The notes under the pieces: model-generated
Databases searched by the model: none
What the model saw: only the letters and a program-made list of their open reading frames with translations
What the model was told of the DNA's origin: nothing
NCBI GenBank assembly: GCA_964252035.1
Contig: OZ176209.1
Length of the DNA: 64,000 bases
Source: Podarcis erhardii
Lineage: Eukaryota
Direction: 5' to 3' (one strand)
Position numbers and translations under genes: made by a program
Part shown: piece by piece, positions 1 through 10,501 of the stretch
Layout: every line of letters begins with the position of its first letter
Position numbering within the stretch: position 1 is the first letter of the stretch

Positions 1-522
1 AAATATAAGAGGGAATGTCATATGAAATGTGAGCTGTATTGAAAATACTCTTGTGTCTGGTTTATTATGAAGCCAGTTCTCGAGACACTTCATCTACTGA
101 ACCAGCCATCAAGAAGAGTCTGACGAGCACTTAGGTCAGTGACCATGGGAAAAAAACCTCCCTCCAATCTTGCTCAGTCACAGCAAACGTTACAGAAACT
201 TATTTCGGCTCTTCATACAACTGAACAAATGCAGAGGCTTAACTGGCCCTGTGAGTCACATCACTGCACACGCCGCTGCCCCTTCCCCACCTTAACGCTG
301 CCAATTTGCTTCACTCCCATTTACTGACGCTTCATCGATGATGACACTTTCTCCTGTTGCAGGTACTCTCTAAGGACATCAGGGTCCTTGCCCTTCCTCT
401 TAGTAAGATATGGAAGCTCCTTTTGAAATTGGATCAGTGCTTAGGGCAAACCCCTTCCACTATGATCACTGCACACAAAGCCCATGAACGAGGGAGATTT
501 TGCCTTCTGACCCAAAAATTAC

Positions 523-633
523 TTGTGCTAATGTACACTTTGGCATCATTCCTCATCAGCAAGGAGGACACAGGTGACTGATAGTCAAAACATGCCATTC
601 CAGCAAGGAACTGCCGTCGTGAGGTGGCCAGGC
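523..633 (-). CDS. Candidate unrecognised cassette exon after 26b (111 nt, phase 1-1): LATSRRQFLAGMACFDYQSPVSSLLMRNDAKVYIST
   Basis: Acceptor ttctaacttgtttctgcactaacactgcaacag with CTAAC branch A at -28; donor ACAA|GTAATT. Length divisible by 3 and open in the WNK1 frame. Prediction only. Confidence 0.5.
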
Positions 634-794
634 CTGTTGCAGTGTTAGTGCAGAAACAAGTTAGAAAGGGACACAAGAGACAGATGCTGTGCTCAAGACA
701 GATTCAGGGAGGTTAAGCTTCAGAGATCAGAGGAAAACTTAAACACAGCAGCTTGGCAATCAGAGTTCAGAAGTAACCAAAATGCAATAATTAC

Positions 795-836
795 TACAGA
801 GCTGGTTGCAAGGGCAGACTTTTTTCACCATCTTCC
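795..836 (-). CDS. WNK1: WNK1 alternative exon 26b (42 nt): KMVKKVCPCNQLC
   Basis: cttcag|GG acceptor, A|GTAATT donor, phase 1-1. Peptide matches the mammalian neural exon 26b as recalled. Confidence 0.9.
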
Positions 837-1246
837 CTGAAGCACAAAGAGAAAGCATTTTGTTAGGGAGAAACAGTGAGAAACATTTAGTGTCAAGCAA
901 ACAGCACAAATAGCCTGGTTATAAAGAGGGGAGAATACAACAGGACCCTGTCCTTTGGTGACACTGCTTTTGATTCTTTCAGGACTTTTCTAGCAAGACA
1001 CGCAGTGGCAACTGGAGGAGCTGCATCAATATTCACATTTAGTTTATGCACCTGTATCTCTCACATGTATAGATTGTGGCCTAATCATTTCATCCAATAT
1101 TAAGTAGGTTTTGGTGAGTTAGACTGAGTGAGTCTCAGACAACAGTTCAGGTACTCTTACTGACTGGAGGAAACTAAGCTTCAGTCCAGTTCAAACTGAA
1201 AGTCAAACAAATCCTGAACTGAACACTGGACTAAATCTTTAATTTA

Positions 1247-1499
1247 GAGCCAGTGTGGTATAGTGGTTAGGAGCGGTAGTCTCGTAATCTGGGGAACCGG
1301 GTTCGCGTCTCCGCTCCTCCACATGCAGCTGCTGGGTGACCTTGGGCCAGTCACACTTCTTTGAAGTCTCTCAGCCCCACTCACCTCACAGAATGATTGT
1401 TGTGGGGGAGGAAGGGAAAGGAGAATGTTAGCCGCTTTGAGACTCCTTAAAGGGAGTGAAAGGCGGGATATCAAATCCAAACTCTTCTTCTTCTTCTTC
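1247..1499 (+). mobile_element. tRNA-derived SINE, Squam3-like, full length with (CTT)n tail
   Basis: tRNA-like head (gtggtatagtggttagg...gggttcgcg), L2-type 3' end (tgttagccgctttgagact...ggcgggatat), (ctt)n tail, 7-bp TSD taattta at 1240-1246 and 1500-1506. Confidence 0.8.
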
Positions 1500-3597
1500 T
1501 AATTTATGCCCAGCTGATCAGATTTCTCCTTCTGACTGAAAAAGGAATGGCATAAAAACTTCCCGCAGTGTTGAGAGTACGTTATAATGGCTCAATTCCG
1601 ACATTCTCTGATTCCCTATTTTCTGGAACATCAGTGCCACCAGAGGTAGGGACAGACCTGTTGAATCTCTTCTACTTCTTGTCCAGCTATCAAGAAACCC
1701 ACCCGTTATTTGTGCCCAGTCTTCTAACTTCTAACAGAAACCTTTTCCCACCATCCCAGAATCTGTGATAGGATGTCAGGTCAAAATCCAGTAAAACAAG
1801 AAACCTGTAAACAAACTGAGCATCAAGCCAAGCCGTGCTTCCACAAGTGCTGCCTTGTTTTACCGGACAGCTGCAATAAACTGAGGGATGCAGCAGAGGG
1901 TACTGCACATATGCCATTACTTCCAGAGACCAAAGTAGCATTTTCTGTCTCCCCATCATGGATCTTAGTTCACAAAGGTGCCTCCTGTTCAAGAGCCACA
2001 TTAAAACTAGAGCAAGTGTGCAGCAAGATTAGCCGTATCTTTGCTATTTATTAAATTATCCACCACAATAATAAAGGATGACTATTCCTTGATCTCTTAT
2101 TAATCTTTTATTGCAATTCAATATTTTCTGGGAGAAGCTAGTTCTTAGTCCTGGCTTTATCACTATTTGTTGCAGATCCTTTCAGATCTGCCTTATACTG
2201 TCCACATTAAGATTTCCAGTTAAGAAGCCTGAGATGGGGAGAAGAGCTGCATGTTGTTCTGCAAGAGTTTTTATGATGGGTGCTGGCCAGCCACCCTATA
2301 GATCCATATGGATTGAAAGGCAGGATATAAATGCTTTAAATAAGAATAAATATGCATGACTTAAAGAGTACTCCAGTTGCCCCAAGCAACTAAAAACCAA
2401 GTACGATGAGGCTAAAGCAGTGCTGCAGGTTCAAATCCTAAAAAGGTAGTTTCTTTTAACTTCTCTGAAGTCAAATATTATCATCTTATGATTTTCATTG
2501 TAGCTGTCCTTGTGCAAGGCTGTCTTGGAATCTGCTGCTCGGCTCATTAGGTACAGGCATAGAAAAATCCCCGGCGTGGCTGAGCTGCTGCTCAGTGTAC
2601 ATGGACAGATGCTCTTCAAAAATAGGATCCCAAGATCCTGCTTGTTTTTTTAAGTCTGGGAAGAAGAATACAATTTGCACACCCAGGAAAATAGTATTCT
2701 ATCTGCAGCATAAGCACACAATTCAATAGACACATGTTGTTGGCATCTGCCTGTCTTGAGAGAGAATGGAGTGTGCCTCCAGGGGTGAAGTCAAACTGCT
2801 GGAGAATCACAGCACAACCGACCCATCCATTTCCACCTATTTCCATGGCCCTGCCTAGTTCAGTAGAGGTTGGAGACAGACCCAATCAAATGTATGTAGA
2901 ACAGCTATTTTTAGAGTTCAATTCCTTTGGCTACAATTTTAATCTGTTTATTAGGTCTATATTATCTGTTAAATGCCTTATAGTCCTTTAAATGCCATTA
3001 ATTTCAGAAGTGCAATACACAGCTCCAGCAAAGCAGGCTGAACATGTTTTTATACTCTGCAAGGACAGAGTGCCAAGCAACACATGAGATGCTGTGCAAG
3101 AAATATTTACGCTGGAAGCATCTTAATCCCAATTATTAAGGGATAACATTTCCCTTCCAAAGCACAGGAAGAGGGAAGGAATACCCTTTCTCAAACATTG
3201 GCCCTTCCCATTCAAGAATACATTCCCACAAGTCACTCTTCTATCTAAAACTGATGAAGCATGAAGTAGGTTTTGCATGTCTAAACCTGAATAAGGCACC
3301 CATATGCTAAGCTGATCATATCGCTATGCAACTCATGAGCTAATACAAATAATCCCTTCCCAGGTTCCTATTTTAGTCAAGAGACAGGGACCTTAAACAT
3401 TTTCCTCTGCTAAGAATTGAGCTGGTGGGGTGAAGTGGCAAAAAAAGCTAGCAATTCCCTCCAACAGGAGTAACAACAAGGTACAATGCCCATAGCTCCA
3501 AAAGTAGAAACTAGTCACACTGCTTCCTGGACTGTTGTCTTGATTTCAAGTCCTTTGGTGGAAAAGCAGGAGACATCTGCCATGGATGCTTTAGCTA

Positions 3598-3665
3598 AGA
3601 TTCCTGCACTGCAAGGGGTTGAGCTAGATGACCCTTGGGAACCTTTCCAACTCTACAATTCTATG
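3598..3665 (+). mobile_element. 3' fragment of Squam2 SINE / CR1 tail
   Basis: attcctgcactgcaaggggttgagctagatgacc...ttccaactctacaattctatga; same tail as the fuller copy at 27867-28012. Confidence 0.65.
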
Positions 3666-4182
3666 AAATGTTCCATCGTGAGCACCAATTCAACAATAGA
3701 CACAGCCCTCAACCCTGAATTGATGCTATGCATGTTGAAGCAGTGTGACAGTCAGTGCCACATACACATTCAGCCCAAACAAATAAACAGCTGCCTGTGC
3801 CTCTTCAGAGTTATGCAAACTGGCCCAGGTCTGCACAGAACCCCAGCTGAACCACTAGGAAAGGTTCCATCATGGCCTTCCCTGCAGTTACTACAGGGAA
3901 GACTATAAACTGAGGAAAGGAGTTTGCTACCCAAAGCATCATTAAAACTTGAAAAACGTAGGCCACTATCATCGTAGCCTTTTGGCTGAGCAGCAGAATA
4001 ATTTTTTTAAGACAGCTTTCTGGAGGATATACTTAAGAGCAACTCAGCCAAGCCCTGGGGTTGGAGAGACACAAGAAGGCAGATGTGAATGGACAGCATG
4101 TGACAACAGATCCAAGTAGCAGAAAACAAAAAGACGAGGAAGGAGTAAAGGTGTTACACACAAAGAGCCAAGCAGGGCGTAC

Positions 4183-4254
4183 TCAGAAATCGGGTCCTCC
4201 TGCCACCAGGCTTGAATGTCACCCGCTCAGATGCACAGTTAAACTTCACACACC
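4183..4254 (-). CDS. WNK1: WNK1 alternative exon 26a (72 nt): CVKFNCASERVTFKPGGRRTRFL
   Basis: Long pyrimidine tract ending tcacag|GG; donor A|GTACGC; phase 1-1. Near-identical to mammalian 26a (CAKFNCASEQVTFKPGGRRTRFL, recalled). Confidence 0.92.
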
Positions 4255-5123
4255 CTGTGATAAAACAAAAATAAAAGAGGGGAAGAACAAGGAGAAGAGA
4301 GGAGAGACAGAACACAACTACAAGATGTTAGAAAACTCTTTAAGCTGGTGGTGAAATGCACTAGCAAGACACGAGAGAAAAGAACCTCACATCCGGTAGA
4401 GGAGCATTTGCAAGACACAAGGAGCCAGGATTCTTCTGTCCCCCACCCCCACTCTCAAAATCATGTTTGTTTCCTCAACTGGAACAGAGCTATCCTCCAA
4501 TAGTTAATCCAGCAGGAACAGGGTTGCATGCCACAAGTGATATAAAACAGCCAATGCACACATTGACATAATACATTGCACAACTTGAAAGACACATGAG
4601 GTACAGGTTAGTAGGGCTCATATGGTTAAAAAGGAATGAGCAGAAGCTCCCTTCTCATTAGGAAGGTGACTTAGAAGAAGCAGTAGCATATTCTATTCTT
4701 TTATTGATATACCCACCTCCTTGTCTTGAAGCAACATACTGCCACTCCACCCACACCATTAATGTGTGTGTCAGAAATGAGTAAGTTATGCATGCAAACT
4801 GCAAATTCAAATATGGTCTCTCAGGGACCATGATAAACTTCTAACTTGTGCAAGTAAAGTTGACAAGCTCCCAATTTATCCAGGGAGACATTTTGCACTA
4901 TCTGCCTCAAGATTTCCCCTCCATCATCTCTCCTTGATGTGGAAGGTGCAAAAACATACAGGGCAACCTTCACTGTCATATCCTTAATTTTACTTGCTGA
5001 AGTGTCCCAGGCCTCACAGCTTCATCCTATGAAGGAGATAATCTGAAATGTAGCAGGATATTTAATCCCCCACCTCAGCCCCCAGTCACGTTTCTCTCCA
5101 TGCTGCTAATCTACAACATTTAC

Positions 5124-5303
5124 CTTGGCCTGGCGCAGAAATGGCACCATCACTAGTAAAGGCAGAGTAGAGGTTCTCACTAGAAGGAGATGGTTTCAGA
5201 GGCTGTAACAGATGGTTCTGTCCTGTTTCTTGGACAGTGCCAGGAGGGTGGAGGGTCTGCTGTTGGGGCAAGACCGAAGGTGCACTCTGAGCAGACAGAT
5301 TGC
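5124..5303 (-). CDS. WNK1: WNK1 exon 26 (NLSAQSAPSVL...GAISAPGQ)
   Basis: ccctag|GC and CAAG|GTAAAT; contains LLQPLKPSPSSENLYSAFTSDG. Confidence 0.96.
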
Positions 5304-5437
5304 CTAGGGAGAGAGGGAAGCAAATCAGGACACTGGCAACATGATGGGTACTTAAGTTTTCCCATCCCAAATGCACAGTGTTCATATTTCACTTCTTAAG
5401 GATGACCTCTGCTGGCACATAAAAGGAAACTCTAGAT

Positions 5438-5925
5438 CAGGGGTAGGGAGTTGGATCCAGCTGGGGGGGGGCTAGTTGTGGGTTACCCCAACTCCAGTGG
5501 CCCACTTTAACTGGTGGGTGCCTGCTTTCTGCAGAGACCAGCTGTGCTACCAGGAAACATGGTAGCAAATACAATCCAGTGGGCTTGAAGTTGCCACTCA
5601 TCAGTTGACAGGCAGCAACTTCAAACCTGCTTTTTGCAGGGATAAACTGCACTACACTACAACAGAGACAATTCCTGCAGAAAAAAGGGCTTTAAACTAC
5701 CACATATCAGCCAATAGAACTTCCCATGCATGACAGCAAATCTCCCTTGCCAATGCACAACTGGGAATGCAGTTTATGGCTCTACCTGCCCCTCACCTGA
5801 CATCACATCTGATTATGTTGTGTGTGCGGTAGGTCAGCATGGCATGGAGGGAAATGGCCTTGTAGGCCAAACGGGGGCTATGCAAGGCCTGATTAGGCCT
5901 GTGGGCCAGAGGTTCCCTACCCCTG
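5438..5925. mobile_element. Non-autonomous hAT (Charlie-like) element
   Basis: Perfect 12-bp TIRs CAGGGGTAGGGA / TCCCTACCCCTG; 8-bp flanks ctctagat / ctttagtt (6/8 match, NTCTAGAN target type). Confidence 0.75.
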
Positions 5926-7331
5926 CTTTAGTTATTAAACTAGGCTGAAACCAGCAACAGCTAATGGGAGAAATGAACACAGGCCAAAAAATGAAATGCT
6001 TTCACAGGACTGCTACACTGCTGCTTGTGGCTAACAATCGAAAGAATACTCTGTCAACAAGGGCAATACACACAAATTAAGACTCAGCATCCACCTGTTT
6101 CTACTGGGTACGGTAACAGAGGACTAATTAGTTATATTTACATTCCATATCTTAAAATTAAAATCTACAAGGCAGTAAACAATAAACACCTTAACTGCAT
6201 GTCTTCACTGCACATCCCCCACAGAAATATGCTGCAGGAAGCCTTGCTTTGCCCAATACAATCCCTCAGCACTTCTTGAGTTTTTATCTAAAGTCTAAAA
6301 CGCACAGTGAAAAGGCTATGGGATACAATTTTGGTGCTTACGTTTTGCGTAACACTTGAGTGGTGTTGTGGATAAAGACAGCTGAACGTGAGTTGAGAAG
6401 ACCTGGGTTTCTGGGGGTGAGGAACCTCTGACCTGCAGGCATATCTTGGTCCAACAGGGCCCCCAATTTGTCCAGGCAGGCTATTTCTTCAAAATCACAC
6501 CCACCTGCCAATCAGCTGTTGCCACACTGATGGGCAGGGAGGCACCAGATGATTGTTGGGGGCATGGGGTTGCCTTCTGTGTTAGCTGCACAAACCAGTT
6601 CTCCACAGGGAACTGCAGAAGAATTTAACTTTCTGCTCATCCGCTGATGGAGAGGGGAGTTAAATCCTGCTGAGATCCCTGCAGAGAGCAGAATTGGAAG
6701 TCCCCACTCATCCGCTGAGGAGTGGAGACTTCAGCCCTGCTGCATGCTGCTTCAAAGCACAGTGCAGGGCTGTTGGAAAGCCCTTTTACAAAGAACCTCA
6801 AGCTGCTACTTAAAGCTCCAGTTTCCCCAGGTTTAAAGAGCAGCACTGGGCTGTTTGCAAAACACTTTCCAACAGCCCTGCAGTGTCCTTTGAAGGGCTT
6901 CAAAGTGCAATGTCACATGGCATCATAGTGACGTCAGGTGATTGAGAGGTAGGCACCCCGCACACCTGTCAAATTTGGCTCACCAGGCGTGGGGAAATAA
7001 GGATTTGGCTGGCCAAGCACAAAAATATCCCCACCCCTGGTTCAAGTTGCCAGTGAGACATACAGCTCACTATGAAACAGAAAGCCAGCCACCTGCTTTC
7101 AGCTTAATCTACATTACAAAAGGAAGAGAGAGGCAGCGATCATGTGCACTACTCTGAGCTCCTTGAAGGAAGTGGGATAAAGATCAGTGGCAGTTGGAAG
7201 GAGAATTTGCAGCAGGAGAGTTCATGGTAGCCAGTCGAGCCCATATTAAGCAGCCCATATTAAACAAAAAGTCACAAGACACTACACAAAGCCAACTTAC
7301 CCAACCCATGGCCATTTCTAAAGTGTCTTAC

Positions 7332-7534
7332 CCAAAATTTGAGGGCTCTTGTTACCCTGGGAGCTGCTGCGGCTGGATCTGCTGCCTTTTCCTTTAGTGG
7401 GTCTTCTTCGTCTGCCTGACAGAGGAGCAGCAGGAGGGATGATTACTGCTGGAGGTACCTTGCCCAGTTTCGTGTAAAGCAGTTCAATCTCCATCTTTTG
7501 GCGACTTTGAAGCTCTTGGATCTCTTTAAGGTGC
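7332..7534 (-). CDS. WNK1: WNK1 exon 25 (C-terminal coiled coil HLKEIQELQSRQKMEIELLYTKLGK)
   Basis: ttag|G and TTGG|GTAAGA; 203 nt; strong similarity to WNK1. Confidence 0.97.
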
Positions 7535-8212
7535 CTAAATGAACAGGAAAGGAAATATGTGTCACTTTTCATACCACTAAATCATCCCAATAATGGATGG
7601 ACAAGAAGTGAACCCAACTTAGAAGCTATTTATCTAGGCATTATCCTATACAACTATGGCTGCACACAGTATGACAGTGGATTACCACCCTCTCAGAGGA
7701 GTGCTCCAAACAGCATGCAACAGTGTAGGGCAGTTCAGGGCAGGCTAGTGAAGGGGGAGAAGCAAATAGTTTCAGGAGGAAAAGGGGAGAGAAAAAAATC
7801 CACCCCAGCATTCTCCTGTTGTACTAAGGATTTTATAGCTATATAAAGAGGGCAGGGAGGAGAGGAAAGTGGGAAAAGTGGACATTTACTGTAAAACACA
7901 TGGACCATCGGTAGTTAAATTCTCTTCCCCTGCCCTTCATTTTCTCCCACTGCCAACTGCCTACTCCTAGAGTTCACTGATACTAGATGAGCCTGGTTCC
8001 TTTGGATCAGAAATGGGGGACCTTGGACCACCATGTGTTTCAAGAACGTTAAGGTTTGGCCTATATATTAATATATGGACAGATGGTTGATACTTTACTT
8101 AATTGTGTTGATTTATTTTCTTGTGCTTCATTATGTTTTAATCACTGCAACCTCCCCTGAGTCTGTTTTTTTTTTAAAGAAATAAAAAGATAATAAACTA
8201 AGCTCATCAGCC

Positions 8213-8295
8213 CAAGTCAGCATGGCTAGTTGACAGGGATGATAGGAACTGGAGTACAAGAACATCTGGAAGGTCACAAGTTCCCCACCCCTGGC
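8213..8295. mobile_element. Fragment of short palindromic hAT-type MITE (ggactacaactcccatc family)
   Basis: cagcatggc...gggatgataggaactggagtac...acatctggaagg...ttccccacccctg; same family as other copies in the window. Confidence 0.5.
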
Positions 8296-8470
8296 TTAGA
8301 TCCATTTTTCTCTCTTGGCTCAACTGCCCAAAGTATCCTGGAAGCCCAGAGGTTCTTCCCAAGCAGTTTTGGAACTGTTTCTCTAATTCTTTAATGAACG
8401 CCGAGGTCTGGTGCCTCCCCCCAATGCACCGTCACCCGGGATTCATCACTCCGGTCTCCCGTCACGCTGA

Positions 8471-8776
8471 TGTGGTCCATATCCAGGGACATGAACACAC
8501 GACAAGCAGAGTTCAAAACAGAAGCTCAGCCTTGAGGAGTAACATCTAAGCCTAATTTATTGCAAATTAAACCAAACATAACAGAACAAAGAAAACATGG
8601 CTCCTCTCTGTCTGTCTTCCTCGGAGAGATTGTTGCAAAAGCAAAAGCTATACAGAGCGGAAACAGTGTAACTCAATTTCCTCTCACGAGACTCTAACAA
8701 TCAGTGCTGGAATGTAAACAGACATGTGACATGTAACACACACATCTGCAGCACAGGAGGAATGAAATTCTCAACA
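8471..8776 (-). mobile_element. Solo LTR (Gypsy-like), 306 bp
   Basis: TGT...ACA termini, exact 4-bp TSD CTGA (8467-8470 and 8777-8780), AATAAA on the minus strand at 8556-8561. Confidence 0.75.
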
Positions 8777-9213
8777 CTGAATCACCTGAATTTGCAATTA
8801 GCTAAAGTGAGAAAGCCAGAAGCATGGGAGCTCTCTGTACTTTAGTCCACTCATAAAACACCAAAGAGCTAGACATCTAGTCCGCTCATGCATTTTTAGC
8901 ACCTAAGACTGAACAGTGTCCCAGACATCTCCAGTTCAAATCTTGCCTCTGCTGTGAACTCTCAGAGAAGCCCCTATTTTCTCATCCCCAGCTGCCTATC
9001 CTTTAATAAGGAGATGTCAATTGCAAGGAGGCACTCATTCCACTAGAAAAACAGGGGACAAATGTTGTAGACCTCACTATACAAATTCCCTGCAAGTGTT
9101 GACTGCAAATAACTGTTTTTAGTCCCACTACATGGGATAAAGCTTTCAATCAAGTCATGCTTCTACTCATTATGTCCTCTTAAAAAAGTTGGGGGGGGGG
9201 CAAGAGGACTTAC

Positions 9214-9857
9214 TTCTCTCGCAATTGGCGCAGCTCGCACTTCAAGTCTTCATCTTCTATGTCCGACTCATTATCACTGCTCATGTACGAAGAGTTGAAT
9301 GAGTTGCTAAGGCTCTGAACTGGAAGACTGATCTTTGACCCAGGTGGATGGAGAGAGTCTGGACTCCTTGAGCCATCATCTTGCTCCTTAGCTGCACCAC
9401 TCAGGAAGGCAGCTTCCAGCTCAGATGATGGCCCATTCAGGTGCAGAGAATGCCTTCTCGCTATAAGCCCTGGTTTAGGCGTTTTGATGGGAGAAGAAAC
9501 GTGATCAGAGTTTACAGCCAGAGGGACTATTGCAGGGGCCTCTCTCTCCACACAGGTCACCTCATCTTGAGTTTTAGACACAGAAAACCGGCCCACTTGG
9601 TCTGTTGCTGTCGTCGTCACCTGGAAACGCCCAACCTTGGTTGGCTGCAAATTGGCGGTGGAAGTGTGTGAAAAAACTCCATCCACCACATCTGCAGAGG
9701 TAACAGCAATGGCCTCGGCTATCCCACTGGAGGTTGGCTTCACCAGAGTACTCTCAGGGCTGCTGCTGCTAGACAAAGATGAGGAATCTGAGCTGCTTGT
9801 GTCAAAGTGCCTGGGCTTACTTCCACTCTCTTTCTGCTCATCCACAGCTACTGACAC
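9214..9857 (-). CDS. WNK1: WNK1 exon 24 (RFQV and RFSV motifs, SSDNESDIEDEDLK)
   Basis: ctag|GTG and AA|GTAAGT; 644 nt; matches ORF 9210..9857. Confidence 0.97.
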
Positions 9858-10427
9858 CTAGAGACAATAGAGACATACAGTATTATAGCCAGAGCACCTT
9901 TACAGAGTGGCACTTTACAAAGTCTAAGAGGATAGGTTCCTGCCTTGAGCAGCTTAGTCTGAAATTTGACACAGGGGATGCAGAACAAAAAGGAAAAGAA
10001 AGTGGAAGCAGGGTTAAACAGAAAAATATGTGGATCTGCTTCACATGTATAGGATTAGTTACAGTTACAGTAAGGCACAGGAACTAAGGGTTGTTTGTGC
10101 CAAGGCTTCACATAAAAAGTAAGAACAATTTTAAACAGTTCTCCCTCCAAAAGGAGCCAACCACTGCATTAGATCATTTTCTGATAAAAACTTGTGCTGA
10201 CACCATAGTCACAAGATGAAAGCAGAAAATGGATAATGAGACAAGATGGGCATCTTTTGAAGAATGCTAGTAATGCTTAAAGAGCAAGAGTGTTGTTGAT
10301 GCTGATGGGCCAGAGCAGCCATAACAGTTGTACAATATTGTCCCAGTCTCAGCTCCCTGTCTATAAAATAAGAACCATAAAAGTCACACAGTAGCTAGGG
10401 TAGACACAACAAAATGCTGTAAAATAC

Positions 10428-10501
10428 CTGAAAACGACCCATCTTAAGAACTGCAACTCCTGAGGTGGTAGTTGTGGAACAGCTTCCTGCATCCTGAGAC
10501 T
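10428..10501 (-). CDS. WNK1: WNK1 exon 23 (SQDAGSCSTTTTSGVAVLKMGRFQ)
   Basis: tttcag|AG and CAG|GTATTT; 74 nt, phase 1-0; ends KMGRFQ as in mammals. Confidence 0.93.

Noticed and set aside
61-119. Possible alternative terminal exon (gtcag|AC TCT TCT TGA, then AATAAA at 66-61)
   Set aside because: Almost no pyrimidine tract; AATAAA is common in AT-rich introns.
3486-3908. 140-aa plus-strand ORF
   Set aside because: Runs through a SINE/CR1 tail; no recognisable protein; antisense intronic.
4391-4478. GTGAGG donor at 4390 with upstream AGs (45- or 88-nt exon)
   Set aside because: The 45-nt option has a purine-rich acceptor; the 88-nt option breaks frame.
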